Assembly: GCF_014280175.1 (NCBI RefSeq)
Contig: NZ_CP047931.1
Location: forward strand, 630,001-662,000
Direction: 5' to 3'
Origin: Synechococcus sp. A15-28
GTDB taxonomy: Bacteria; Cyanobacteriota; Cyanobacteriia; PCC-6307; Cyanobiaceae
DNA length: 32,000 nt
The translations under genes and the position numbers were made by a program. Position 1 is the stretch's first letter. Each line of letters begins with the position of its first letter. The notes beneath the pieces were generated by a model. The model did no database searches. It had not been told where the DNA came from and was given only the letters and a program-made list of their open reading frames with translations. Positions 1 through 9,144 of this stretch are shown piece by piece.

Positions 1-387
1 TCCGGGATCCCCCACCACTTCCAGGGTGAGGGCTTCGTTGGCCACATCCACCACCTTGGCCCTGAACACCTGCACCAGGTCGAAGACCGCGCTCCGTGTC
101 TCGGCAGGGGCGGACACCTTCAGCAGCATCAGTTCCCGCTCCACGGCAGGCCGTTGCGTCAGGTCGAGCACCTGAAGCACGTTCACCAGCTTGTCCAGCT
201 GTTTGGTCATTTGCTGGAGGGTCTGGTCATCTCCCTCCACCACCATGGTGAGGCGCGATTGGCGTTCGGCCTCGGCAGGACCCACCGCCAGGCTGTCGAT
301 GTTGAAGCCGCGGCGGGCGAACAGTCCGGCGATCCGACTGAGGGCGCCGGATTCGTCCTCCACCAGCACCGAAAGGGTGTGTTTCAT
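1..387 (-). CDS. ilvH: Acetolactate synthase small subunit (ACT domain), C-terminal part cut by the window edge
   Basis: Minus strand from ATG at 387 reads [39 protein letters not shown]..., the typical IlvH N-terminus. No stop before position 1. Confidence 0.93.
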   Translation of the reverse strand, partial: MKHTLSVLVEDESGALSRIAGLFARRGFNIDSLAVGPAEAERQSRLTMVVEGDDQTLQQMTKQLDKLVNVLQVLDLTQRPAVERELMLLKVSAPAETRSAVFDLVQVFRAKVVDVANEALTLEVVGDPG

Positions 388-412
388 CGCTGCTGGTCGT
401 TCCCGGCCGATC

Positions 413-1324
413 TCACACACCCAAGTTACGGTCCAGCCACGGCAGGACCAGGGCAACGAACTGTTCCGGACGTTCGTCATGGGGGCAGTGGCCGCAGGCA
501 TCGATCACCTGCAGTTCGGTGTTGGGTCGGCAGGCGTGGATCTGTCGGGTCACGCTCAGGGGCACAAATCGATCCTGCTGTCCCCAGATCAACAGCAATG
601 GACATTTCAATTGCTTCAGCAGGGCCGGGGCCGTTGCCCCCCGCGGTCGCAGGGCCATGCCCATGCTCATCGCCCGAAGAGCGCGGGCAGCAGTCGGGCG
701 GCGCGCTGGTCGGGCAATCAGCTGCAGCAGCTCCCGATCCGAAGCGATCGATTGGTGGTAAGCCCCCTGGAGGCCCGATCTGAGCAGACCTGAGCGGGCG
801 ATCAGGGGCACCAGCAGCTCGAGGGGCAGCAGCCTCAGAACCAATCCCACGAGGCGCCGTTGCCAACGGCGTCGCCAGGGCGTTCGTCGTGATGGGATCG
901 GTTGGATCAGGGCTGGGTCCGGCAGCGGTGCGGCCACCACAGCGCGGATCAGTTCCGGTTGGAGCACGGCGGCGGTCAGGGCCGTCAGGGCCCCCAGGGA
1001 ATTGCCCAGCAGTACGGCAGGTCGCTGCACCACCTGTTCGATAAAGGCGTTCACCTGTCGTCCCCAGAGGCGGTTGTCCATGGGGATCGTCGGCTGGTCG
1101 GAGGCTCCGAATCCCAGCAGATCCAGGCTGAACACGCGCCAGCCTTCTTTTGCCAGTCGTGGAGCCGTCTTGCGCCAGTGGCCACTGGCAGCTCCGAATC
1201 CATGCAGCAGAACTATCGCCGGACCATGCTCTGGGCCCAGGATTCTCCAGTGGCACGACCAGCCCTTCCAACGCCAGAGGGCCTGGTCACCCCAGTCGGC
1301 AGTCTGGTGAGCAGTGGTGGTCAA
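413..1324 (-). CDS. Alpha/beta fold hydrolase
   Basis: 303-aa ORF with [13 protein letters not shown], nucleophile elbow [12 protein letters not shown] and late [15 protein letters not shown]. The start at 1324 is TTG. Confidence 0.85.
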   Translation of the reverse strand: MTTTAHQTADWGDQALWRWKGWSCHWRILGPEHGPAIVLLHGFGAASGHWRKTAPRLAKEGWRVFSLDLLGFGASDQPTIPMDNRLWGRQVNAFIEQVVQRPAVLLGNSLGALTALTAAVLQPELIRAVVAAPLPDPALIQPIPSRRTPWRRRWQRRLVGLVLRLLPLELLVPLIARSGLLRSGLQGAYHQSIASDRELLQLIARPARRPTAARALRAMSMGMALRPRGATAPALLKQLKCPLLLIWGQQDRFVPLSVTRQIHACRPNTELQVIDACGHCPHDERPEQFVALVLPWLDRNLGV

Positions 1325-2498
1325 AGCACTGGTCGATCCGGAACCTCACTATCGCGAGGGGGCAGCCGAGCTGCTGCTCGGTGACGGCTTCTTCCGCCGC
1401 GACTCTCGGCCGGCCCGGGATTGTTCGGTGCTGCTGGCCTGGCATCAGGCCAGGACGACAACCCGCGAACAACCCCTCCAGTGGCTTGATCTGATGGCCG
1501 GATGCGGCATCCGTGCGCTGCGCTGGGGGCTGGAGGCTGGCGCAGCCTGTTCGATGCCCCCGGAGATCGTGGTGAACGATGCCGATGGCGATCGGCGGTC
1601 CCTGCTGGAGCACAACCTCCGGCCGTTGGCAGCGGCGACCTGCAGCAACGTCCCCGCCGAGCGACTGTTGTGCCAGGCCCAGCTGGAGGGGCATCGCTTT
1701 GATCTGATTGATCTGGATGCCTTCGGCCAGCCGGGTGCCCTGCTCCAGCCAGCCCTGCAGGTGCTTGCGCCGGAGGGAATTCTTGTTCTGGCCAGTACGG
1801 ATGGTCGTTCTCCCACCGGCCATGACCGTTGCGGCGCGATCCGCAGTTTCGGAGCAGCCGCGCGGGCCCATCCCGCCAGCTGGGAGCTGGCGCTGCGCCA
1901 ACAGCTGGGGTTACTGGCACGACAGGCCTGGTTGCTGGGCCGCGGAATCCAACCGTTGTTGAATTTCAGCGACGGTCGCACCTTTCGTCTGGCGATCCGT
2001 CTGGCCCGGCAGCTTCAACCCGGTGAGGAAGCGCAACTGGGTCTGCTGGCCCGTTGCGGAACCTGTGGTGCCCAGCAGAGCCAGTCCCTGCTGCGTCTGC
2101 GTAACTGGCCGGCCTGTCACTGCCCAGCGGAGCAGGGGCGCTGGGCCATCAGTGGCCCGCTCTGGCTGGGACCGTTGCAGGAGATCGAGATCCTGAAGGA
2201 ACTGAGTGGCAGTCCTGTGCCGCTGGCCCCGGCCACGCGGCGATTGTTGCAGCGACTCCAGGCCGACCCGGGGGGGCTGGTGCAGGTCTGGTCGACCGCC
2301 GAGCTGGCCCGCCGTTGCGGATCAGGCCCACCACCGCTGCAACGCCTCGTTGATGCCCTTCGCAGCCGTGGACACCAGGCCTGGCCCAGTGGCGTGATGG
2401 CTGGTCAGGTGCGCACCGATGCCGATCTTCCCGAGCTGTTACAGATCTGCGCCACTGTTCAGGGGGAAGGGCTTTTAATGGACCAACGAACGACCTGA
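1314..2498 (+). CDS. tRNA (guanine-N2)-dimethyltransferase, Trm1 family
   Basis: 394 aa. [48 protein letters not shown] and [11 protein letters not shown] motifs; CGTCGAQ suggests a partial Zn-binding region. Starts with GTG at 1314 or 1317. Confidence 0.82.
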   Translation: MVVKALVDPEPHYREGAAELLLGDGFFRRDSRPARDCSVLLAWHQARTTTREQPLQWLDLMAGCGIRALRWGLEAGAACSMPPEIVVNDADGDRRSLLEHNLRPLAAATCSNVPAERLLCQAQLEGHRFDLIDLDAFGQPGALLQPALQVLAPEGILVLASTDGRSPTGHDRCGAIRSFGAAARAHPASWELALRQQLGLLARQAWLLGRGIQPLLNFSDGRTFRLAIRLARQLQPGEEAQLGLLARCGTCGAQQSQSLLRLRNWPACHCPAEQGRWAISGPLWLGPLQEIEILKELSGSPVPLAPATRRLLQRLQADPGGLVQVWSTAELARRCGSGPPPLQRLVDALRSRGHQAWPSGVMAGQVRTDADLPELLQICATVQGEGLLMDQRTT

Positions 2499-2505
2499 CA
2501 ACACC

Positions 2506-2604
2506 ATGGCTTCGGAGATTTTCGGCACTGCCGCCATTTTCTGGGTGCTGATCCCCGTGGGTCTGGCTGGTGGCGCCCTTCTCCTCAAGCTTCAGGGGGA
2601 CTGA
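2506..2604 (+). CDS. petM: Cytochrome b6-f complex subunit PetM (32 aa); absent from the supplied ORF track
   Basis: ATG at 2506 translates as [32 protein letters not shown] (stop 2602-2604), the characteristic PetM single-helix sequence. Confidence 0.9.
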   Translation: MASEIFGTAAIFWVLIPVGLAGGALLLKLQGD

Positions 2605-2659
2605 TCCCCCTCTTGTCACGCGAGCCACTTAGGCTCCACGACTTCTAAGCGAGGGCCCC

Positions 2660-3622
2660 ATGCAGGTTCTGGTGTTGGGTGGCACGGGCACCCTTGGACG
2701 ACAGATAGCCCGCCGTGCCCTTGACGCCGGACATGACGTGCGCTGCATGGTTCGGACCCCTAGAAAGGCGTCCTTTTTGCAGGAGTGGGGTTGCGAGTTG
2801 ACCCGCGGTGACCTGCTGGAGCCCGACAGCCTCGATTACGCCCTGGATGATGTCGATGCTGTGATCGATGCCTCCACCAGTCGCCCCACCGATCCCCACA
2901 GCGTCTACGAGACCGACTGGGACGGAAAGTTAAATCTGCTGCGGGCCTGCGAGCGTGCTGAGGTCAAACGTTTCGTCTTTCTTTCCCTGCTCGGTGCCCA
3001 TCGGCATCGCTCGGTGCCGCTGATGGACATCAAGGCCTGCACCGAGAACCTGCTGGAGTCGTCTGATTTCGACTACACGATCCTGCAGGGCGCAGCCTTC
3101 ATGCAGGGGGTGATCAGTCAGTTCGCCATTCCTGTGCTGGAGAGTCAGACCGTCTGGGTCAGTGGCAGTCCGACGGCAATCGCTTACATGAACTCCCAGG
3201 ACATGGCCCGGTTCGCCGTGGCCGCCCTGGAGCGTCAGGAAACCATTCGCGGCACCTACCCGGTGGTGGGGCCGAAGCCATGGAACACCGGTGAACTGGT
3301 TCAGCTCTGTGAGCGCTGCAGTGGCAAGACCGCCCGGGTGTTCCGTGTTCAGCCGTTCTTGATCAAGCTGATGCAGGGCGTGGCCTCGTTCTTTGAACCA
3401 GCGGTGAACGTGGCGGAGCGCCTCTCTTTCGCAGAGGTGACGGGTGGCGGCCAGGCCCTGGACGCCCCGATGGAGACCAGCTACGCCGCCTTCGGTCTTG
3501 AGCCCACGGAGACCACCGAGATGGAGAGTTACATCAGCGAGTACTACGACACGATCCTGAAACGGCTGCGGGAGATGGAGGCCGATCTGGACAAGGACGC
3601 CAAGAAAAAGCTGCCGTTCTGA
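2660..3622 (+). CDS. ycf39: Ycf39/HCF244-like atypical short-chain dehydrogenase (NmrA-like NAD(P)-binding, photosystem II assembly)
   Basis: 320 aa. N-terminal GGTGTLGRQIARRALDAGHDVRCMVRTPRKASFL and RFVFLSLLGAHRHRSVPLMDIKACTENLLESSDFDYTILQGAAFMQG are typical of Ycf39. Confidence 0.85.
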   Translation: MQVLVLGGTGTLGRQIARRALDAGHDVRCMVRTPRKASFLQEWGCELTRGDLLEPDSLDYALDDVDAVIDASTSRPTDPHSVYETDWDGKLNLLRACERAEVKRFVFLSLLGAHRHRSVPLMDIKACTENLLESSDFDYTILQGAAFMQGVISQFAIPVLESQTVWVSGSPTAIAYMNSQDMARFAVAALERQETIRGTYPVVGPKPWNTGELVQLCERCSGKTARVFRVQPFLIKLMQGVASFFEPAVNVAERLSFAEVTGGGQALDAPMETSYAAFGLEPTETTEMESYISEYYDTILKRLREMEADLDKDAKKKLPF

Positions 3623-3627
3623 GCCGC

Positions 3628-3655
3628 TTGTGTTTGCTTAGTTCTTTTGTACTAT
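3628..3655 (+). promoter_or_regulatory. Candidate sigma70-type promoter (TTGTGT, 16 nt, TACTAT)
   Basis: AT-rich interval between ycf39 and the ORF at 3677 with -35-like TTGTGT (3628-3633) and -10-like TACTAT (3650-3655). Pattern only. Confidence 0.3.
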
Positions 3656-3676
3656 TGAGGGGTCAGGGCTGGTTCG

Positions 3677-3892
3677 ATGGCAGTTGCTCAGTTGAAGAAT
3701 CTGCAGCGTCGGCTGCAGTTGCTCACCGATGAAGCGGAGCAGGGCTTGACCCGTTCCTGCGGTCATGAGCTGTGGAAGAGCGTCGGCCCTGATGCAATCG
3801 ACGGGCTCGAAGACCCCGCCCGCCGTGCGGAGGCCAACTACTGGTACGGCCAGTGGAACGTCGTCCGTGAACTTCAGGAGGCCTTCGGCTGA
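3677..3892 (+). CDS. Small hypothetical protein (71 aa), overlaps the next gene by one base
   Basis: MAVAQLKNLQRRLQLLTDEAEQGLTRSCGHELWKSVGPDAIDGLEDPARRAEANYWYGQWNVVRELQEAFG*. Stop TGA 3890-3892 overlaps ATG 3892-3894. Confidence 0.7.
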   Translation: MAVAQLKNLQRRLQLLTDEAEQGLTRSCGHELWKSVGPDAIDGLEDPARRAEANYWYGQWNVVRELQEAFG

Positions 3893-4704
3893 TGGCGGAG
3901 TCCTGCTGCTCGTCTTCAGAACCAGTGGATCAGTCCGAAGCCGTGGATGCCCGCTACGGCGCGGCTGCCCACGAGCGTGAGGCTTGCCTGTGCACGCCGG
4001 TTGGGTTCGATCCGGCACTGCTTCAGGTGATTCCCGATGCGGTGGTGGAACGTGACTACGGGTGCGGCGATCCCACCCGCTGGGTTCGCCCGGGTGATCG
4101 CGTGCTGGATCTGGGCAGTGGTAGCGGCAAGAACGCCTTCATCTGCTCCCAGGTCGTTGGAGCGGACGGGGCTGTGCTGGGGGTTGATCGCAATCCCGAC
4201 ATGCTGAGCCTCTCGCGTCAGGCGGCGCCGGCGGTGGCCGAGGCCATCGGCTACGGCAATGTCCGTTTTGTTGAGGGCGCCATCGAAGCGCTGGATGAGC
4301 AGGACGACGCTGCTGAACCGCTGGTGCCGGACGCCAGCATCGATGTGGTGCTCAGCAACTGTGTGCTCAACCTGGTGAATCCGTCCTCTCGGCAGCGGCT
4401 CCTGGCCAACATCCGCCGGGTGCTGGCCCCGGGAGGCCGTGTCGCCATCAGCGACATCGTCTGCGACAAGCCGGTGCCGATGCATCTCCAGCAGGATCCG
4501 GACCTGTGGAGTGGCTGCATCAGTGGTGCCTGGCAGGAAGACGAGTTTCTGGCGGATTTCCGTCAGCTGGGTCTGGAGCAGGTGTCTTTTGCCGATCGCA
4601 GTGAACAGCCCTGGCGAACGGTGGAGGGCATTGAATTTCGTGCTGTCACCCTCGTCGGTCAGCTCCCCGGCGCGCCATCCGGCTCCGGGGCCGGCTGCTG
4701 CTGA
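3892..4704 (+). CDS. Arsenite methyltransferase-like SAM-dependent methyltransferase
   Basis: 270 aa. ACLCTPVGFDP, YGCGDPTRWVRPGDRVLDLGSGSGKNAFICSQVVG, SNCVLNLV and SGCISGA correspond to known ArsM motifs and their three conserved Cys positions. Confidence 0.72.
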   Translation: MAESCCSSSEPVDQSEAVDARYGAAAHEREACLCTPVGFDPALLQVIPDAVVERDYGCGDPTRWVRPGDRVLDLGSGSGKNAFICSQVVGADGAVLGVDRNPDMLSLSRQAAPAVAEAIGYGNVRFVEGAIEALDEQDDAAEPLVPDASIDVVLSNCVLNLVNPSSRQRLLANIRRVLAPGGRVAISDIVCDKPVPMHLQQDPDLWSGCISGAWQEDEFLADFRQLGLEQVSFADRSEQPWRTVEGIEFRAVTLVGQLPGAPSGSGAGCC

Positions 4705-5323
4705 GCAGGCGGTTCAGCCGGCCCTGTTCAGCGTTGGTGACCGGCCGCCAGCGTCCAGCTGGTAGATCCTTCAGATCAAGTTCAGCCTTTCCGTCCATCA
4801 GGTCGATGCGACAGCGGACCAACCTCAGGGTTGGCAGGCCCACGGCGGCAGTCATGCGGCGCACCTGGCGGTTGCGGCCTTCCCTCAGGGACAGCTCAAG
4901 CCAACTGGTGGGAATGGTGGCGCGAACCCGAATCGGAGGATCCCGTTCTGGAAGGTCTGGCATCTCCTCTCCCTGCAGCCAGCGAACCCGTGCCGGCATG
5001 GTTCGCTTGCGTTGAATCTCAATCCCCTCCCGCAACCGATTCAACTGCGCATCGTCCGGTTGTCCCTCCACCTGGACCCAGTAGCTGCGCCAGTGGCCGA
5101 AACGCGGATCGGTGAGGCGTTGCTGAAGGCGACCCTGATCAGTCAGCAACAGAAGACCTTCGCTGTCTGCGTCCAATCGTCCTGCGGCATAAACCTCAGG
5201 CACATTGATGAACTCAGCCAGACAACGCCAGCGGCTAGCTGCCTCAGGGGTGAACTGACTGAGGACGCCGTAGGGCTTGTTGAACAGCAGGGTGGTCAAC
5301 CGGCGTTTTCGCGGGCCCTCCAC
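4646..5323 (-). CDS. rRNA large-subunit pseudouridine synthase, RsuA/RluE type
   Basis: TTLLFNKPYGVLSQFT, AAGRLDADSEGLLLLTDQGRLQQRLTDP and LREGRNRQVRRMTAAVGLPTLRLVR are family signatures. Confidence 0.88.
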   Translation of the reverse strand: MEGPRKRRLTTLLFNKPYGVLSQFTPEAASRWRCLAEFINVPEVYAAGRLDADSEGLLLLTDQGRLQQRLTDPRFGHWRSYWVQVEGQPDDAQLNRLREGIEIQRKRTMPARVRWLQGEEMPDLPERDPPIRVRATIPTSWLELSLREGRNRQVRRMTAAVGLPTLRLVRCRIDLMDGKAELDLKDLPAGRWRPVTNAEQGRLNRLLSSSRPRSRMARRGADRRG

Positions 5324-5490
5324 AGATTGACAACGCCAATCGAGATCAGCAGCAGGCCCAGGTCCATGGTGATCGGAGGCAGCAGCACGGCAGGGCAGGC
5401 AGAACCCGCGGAGCCTAGAAGCACAAGAGGCAGAAGCGGGCTTGAAGGTGCCCTTTTAAAGTGGCTGTACTTCAGATAAGCCAGCGGCGC

Positions 5491-5760
5491 ATGATCGAAA
5501 CCTCGGGCGTGATCGAGAAGGAACAGGGAAATGGGTTCTATCTGGTCACCCTTGAGCAGCCTGCTGGTCACCAATGCCTGTGCCGGGCCGCCGGAAAACT
5601 CACCAAGTTCCGCATCAAGCTGCTCGCCGGCGACAAGGTTCTGGTGGAGATCAGCCCCTACGACCTCACCCGCGGCCGCATCACCTACCGGGAACGCAAT
5701 GCAGGTGCCCCTGGTGGCCGCCCGGGTGGCAACCGACCAGGGGGACCGCGTCGTCGTTAA
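5491..5760 (+). CDS. infA: Translation initiation factor IF-1-like S1/OB-fold protein
   Basis: ATG at 5491: [72 protein letters not shown]..., containing GDKVxVExxPYDLxxGRIxYR. The ORF track extends to 5461 without an ATG. Confidence 0.82.
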   Translation: MIETSGVIEKEQGNGFYLVTLEQPAGHQCLCRAAGKLTKFRIKLLAGDKVLVEISPYDLTRGRITYRERNAGAPGGRPGGNRPGGPRRR

Positions 5761-7127
5761 GCAGCAAGGGACTCAATCGCAGCCTTGAATTCGCTGCGGG
5801 GCTTCACGCCCCGCCACTGCTTCACCATAGCTTTGTTGTGGAACAGCTGCACCGTCGGCGTTCCACTCACTCCCGCCTGCTCGGCAATGGCCTGATCGGC
5901 TTCGATGTCGATCACAACAGCCTGGGCATCACCGTCGAGCTCGGTGATCACACGCTGCAGCTGTGGCTTGAGCACGTGGCACGGACCGCAGGTGGGTGAG
6001 GTGTAAACCACCAGCAGCGGCTTGTCGCTGTCGTGATAAAGCTTGCGGAGGGCGAAGCTGCCTTTTTGCCACAGCCCCTGGGGGTCGTAGCTCTCCTCGG
6101 TTGTGACGGCCACATTCACGGGTTGTTCTGCCTGGGCCGGCTCCACGGATGCTCTGGCGACGCGGGTGGCCAGGTTGTGGTGGCTGAGCCAGCGCTCCGC
6201 TGCCAGGGCCGCTTTGCAGCCGCTGCCGGCGGCAGTGATGCCTTGCCTCCATTCGGCGTCGGCCACGTCGCCGGCTGAAAACACCCCGTCCACGGAGGTT
6301 TCCGGGCGCCCTGAGTCGGTGACCAGGTAACCCTTCCCATCCAACTCGATCTGACCCTTGAGCAGATCGGTGTTCGGAGTGTGGCCAATGGCATAGAACA
6401 GGCCTCGCACCGCGAGGGAGCGGGTCTCTCCGGTCACCCGGTCCCGAAGAGTGAGGGATTCCATCCACTCTCCGCCTGCCACATCTTCGATCTCACTGTT
6501 CCAGTGCACCGTGATGGCTGGATTGGCCATCACGCGATCGGCCATGGCGGCGCTCGCTCGGAATTGGTCGGATCGGACGATCAGATGGACGTGGCTGCCG
6601 TACTTGGTGAGATAGACCGCTTCCTCGCAAGCGGAATCACCACCCCCAACTACCGCCAGTTCCTCATTGCGGAACTGCGGGGTGGCCCCATCGCAGATCG
6701 CGCAGGCACTAATGCCACTGCTCCAATAGCGCTCCTCTGTGGGCAGGCCAAGCCGGTTCGCACTGGCACCGGTGGCGATGACCACGGCATGGGCCTGGAT
6801 CGTCTCTCCGTCAGCTTCGATGCGGAAGGGGCGCTGGTTCAGGTCAATCCGGTCTGCATCGGCTTCGATCAGGTGGGTGCCCCAGCGCACGGCCTGGGCT
6901 TTCATCAGGTCCATCAGGTCTGGACCGAGGATTCCATCGGGGAACCCCGGAAAGTTCTCCACGTGGGTGGTGGTCATCAATTGGCCGCCAGGGATGCCTC
7001 CCCGCTGGAACCCTGTGATCAGGAGCGGCTGCAGGTTGGCCCGTGCGGCGTAGATGGCAGCGGTGTAGCCGGCAGGCCCTGAGCCAACGATGACGAGATT
7101 TTCAACGTGCCCGGAAGCGTCGGACAT
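5757..7127 (-). CDS. ntrC-type trxB: NADPH-dependent thioredoxin reductase with C-terminal thioredoxin domain (NTRC-type fusion)
   Basis: 456 aa. FAD motif [19 protein letters not shown], redox CAICDGA, NADPH motif [10 protein letters not shown], then thioredoxin domain with [15 protein letters not shown] and [11 protein letters not shown]. Confidence 0.93.
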   Translation of the reverse strand: MSDASGHVENLVIVGSGPAGYTAAIYAARANLQPLLITGFQRGGIPGGQLMTTTHVENFPGFPDGILGPDLMDLMKAQAVRWGTHLIEADADRIDLNQRPFRIEADGETIQAHAVVIATGASANRLGLPTEERYWSSGISACAICDGATPQFRNEELAVVGGGDSACEEAVYLTKYGSHVHLIVRSDQFRASAAMADRVMANPAITVHWNSEIEDVAGGEWMESLTLRDRVTGETRSLAVRGLFYAIGHTPNTDLLKGQIELDGKGYLVTDSGRPETSVDGVFSAGDVADAEWRQGITAAGSGCKAALAAERWLSHHNLATRVARASVEPAQAEQPVNVAVTTEESYDPQGLWQKGSFALRKLYHDSDKPLLVVYTSPTCGPCHVLKPQLQRVITELDGDAQAVVIDIEADQAIAEQAGVSGTPTVQLFHNKAMVKQWRGVKPRSEFKAAIESLAA

Positions 7128-7255
7128 TCACTAACGCGGAATGACTATGAGTTGAGTTTACGGCTGGCGTTGATGGCGCCGAGGGCGGAGAACCGGGCTG
7201 TCGCGGCGGGAATCTGTTCACTCGAAACGGTATTAGCGGCTATTTAATAAATTCT

Positions 7256-7504
7256 TCAGATTTCAATTTGAAAATCGCTTGACAGGCGGTCTTGCATTCT
7301 TCCGCCCTTGCTTGGGTTGCGAGGAACCGCCAGAACGCTGGCCTCGAGCATGGCCTCGTTTTCGCCCATGCAGGTGATCCATTCGCGGAATTCTTCGGTG
7401 ACCGCATAACTGTCTTCATAGCGCTCCTCCTTGTCCAGGACAGCGATTCGGGTGGAGGCCCAGCCGGTGGCAACGCAGACTCGACGTTCCATTGCAGCGT
7501 CCAT
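7256..7504 (-). CDS. Small hypothetical protein (82 aa)
   Basis: ORF MDAAMERRVCVATGWASTRIAVLDKEERYEDSYAVTEEFREWITCMGENEAMLEASVLAVPRNP.... A second frame (7240..7473) overlaps, so the choice is uncertain. Confidence 0.4.
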   Translation of the reverse strand: MDAAMERRVCVATGWASTRIAVLDKEERYEDSYAVTEEFREWITCMGENEAMLEASVLAVPRNPSKGGRMQDRLSSDFQIEI

Positions 7505-7600
7505 GGATGCCCCTTAACGAAGAACAGAATGCAGGATCAAGGTCCCGGATCGGGACTTGATTTCGCAGAAATTCGCATTTTTCTCTGCTGAAAGATGTCG

Positions 7601-9094
7601 TCAACGCTGCAAAAAAGAAGGCAGTTGCGGCGTTTTCAGGCGAATCATGGCCCCCGCTCCGTCGTTGACTGCCTCCAGCGGCAGGCTGGGGCCTCGTCCA
7701 GGACCAGGGGAATCGCTCAGGGGGGCCTCGTGGCTGTTATGCGAGCCCAGCACATAGGGCTCTGCCACGGACCAGGAGCGGGCGTAGCCCATCAGCAGAG
7801 GGTCCGCAGGGGCCACCACGTAGGAGGGGTTGCGGGGAACAGGCTCGTGTTCCGCCAGCTCCGGGGTCATGCGGACGGCCCGGGTGATGCCTTGGAGAAA
7901 GCGGCTGCGGGTGACCACCGTCGTCAGATAAGCCACCACCCTGAGGCGGGGGGCGTCAAATCCCTCGGCGCACATGTCGATGCTCACCAGCCAGTCCGCT
8001 GCGCCGGACTGAAAATCATCGAGACGAGATGCGGCATCAGGGTCCTGGGAATGGACCAGATCCACCCTGTAGCCATCGTCCTTGAGAAGGGTGGCGATGG
8101 CTGAGGCATGGTCGATGTCGCGGGCGATCACCAGTCCCGCGGCATTGGGTTGCTGCTGGCGAACCCTGGAGAGTCGTCGCTGGGCCTGCAGAATCACCTG
8201 CTGACCGATACAGCTGCTGTCCGCCAGTCGGATGGCGCGGCGCAGATTGCGGGCGCGCCAGCTCTCGCGCTGCTCCTGGGAGAGGGGGGAGACATCACGA
8301 TCGGGGCGGCCCTCCTGGCTGTGCTCCACCCAGCCGTCCTGAAAGTGGAATTCCAGGGGGCGCACGTCTCCTGCGGCGATCAGTTCCCGCGGTTCCACGC
8401 AGAGATCAGGCTGGATCTGCTCCACCAGCTCACCGTTCTGCACCGTGCGGATGCGGCGTGCTGCGCAGAAGCCGAGGTTGTCGGCGCGAAACGGGGTACC
8501 CGTCAATCCCAGGCGCAGGCGGCAGTGGGATGTCTGCTCCTCAAAGCTCAGGCTCCAGGCTGCTGCTCCAGGCTCGTCGGGATCCAACCCGAGGTGGTGG
8601 GCTTCGTCCGCAATGGCCAGCTGGCTTGAGCTGGGCCAGGGGCGGAGTGCTGCCGCAAGCTGCTGCGGCTGACGACCGGCGGATTGATACGTCAGCAGCA
8701 GGCCATCCGCCTGGCTCAGCCTCCCTGGCTCGCAGGGCCAGCTGACCAGGCTGAGCCCCAACCGTGCAGCGGCCCGTTGCCATTGCTCCAGGATCGAGGT
8801 GCGGTGGCAGAACACCAGGAAGTGCTGCAGCCGTTGTTCCCGACGCATGCTGCGAAAGGCCAGCAGCGCCCCAAGGGTCTTTCCAGCACCGGGGCCTGCG
8901 AAGACGAGGACGTCCTGTTCACCGGCCGCTTCACCATCCAGACGACGACGCAGCAGCTGGATCAGATGGGTTTGCCACTGCCTTGGTTGGATCGCGGGCC
9001 CGGATCCAGAAGGCTCAACGTCAAAGCTGATATGAGCGATGGTGTGCGGGGGAAAGATGAGTCTTTTTAACCATTTCGAACCACTTCGGCATCT
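7601..9094 (-). CDS. DEAD/DEAH-box (superfamily 2) helicase; open frame extends upstream of the listed ATG to include Walker A, and the true start is unclear
   Basis: The listed ORF 7601..8848 has DEAH (AIADEAHHLG), LTGTPFRAD and a QGITRAVRMT motif VI-like segment. The same frame continues upstream of 8848 and encodes QPRQWQTHLIQLLRRRLDGEAAGEQDVLVFAGPGAGKTLGALLAFRS before a stop at 9095-9097. Confidence 0.85.
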   Translation of the reverse strand, partial: RCRSGSKWLKRLIFPPHTIAHISFDVEPSGSGPAIQPRQWQTHLIQLLRRRLDGEAAGEQDVLVFAGPGAGKTLGALLAFRSMRREQRLQHFLVFCHRTSILEQWQRAAARLGLSLVSWPCEPGRLSQADGLLLTYQSAGRQPQQLAAALRPWPSSSQLAIADEAHHLGLDPDEPGAAAWSLSFEEQTSHCRLRLGLTGTPFRADNLGFCAARRIRTVQNGELVEQIQPDLCVEPRELIAAGDVRPLEFHFQDGWVEHSQEGRPDRDVSPLSQEQRESWRARNLRRAIRLADSSCIGQQVILQAQRRLSRVRQQQPNAAGLVIARDIDHASAIATLLKDDGYRVDLVHSQDPDAASRLDDFQSGAADWLVSIDMCAEGFDAPRLRVVAYLTTVVTRSRFLQGITRAVRMTPELAEHEPVPRNPSYVVAPADPLLMGYARSWSVAEPYVLGSHNSHEAPLSDSPGPGRGPSLPLEAVNDGAGAMIRLKTPQLPSFLQR

Positions 9095-9144
9095 CTAGGT
9101 TCCGGCCATCAGCGTCTGTTCCGGATCACCAGCCGACTCCTGCC

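Noticed and set aside
5296-5574. Minus-strand ORF ending ITMDLGLLLISIGVVNLWRARENAG, possibly a one-helix photosynthetic peptide
   Set aside because: It resembles a single TM helix but does not match any small photosystem or b6f subunit I can recall. It also overlaps infA and the pseudouridine synthase start, so it is too weak to annotate.
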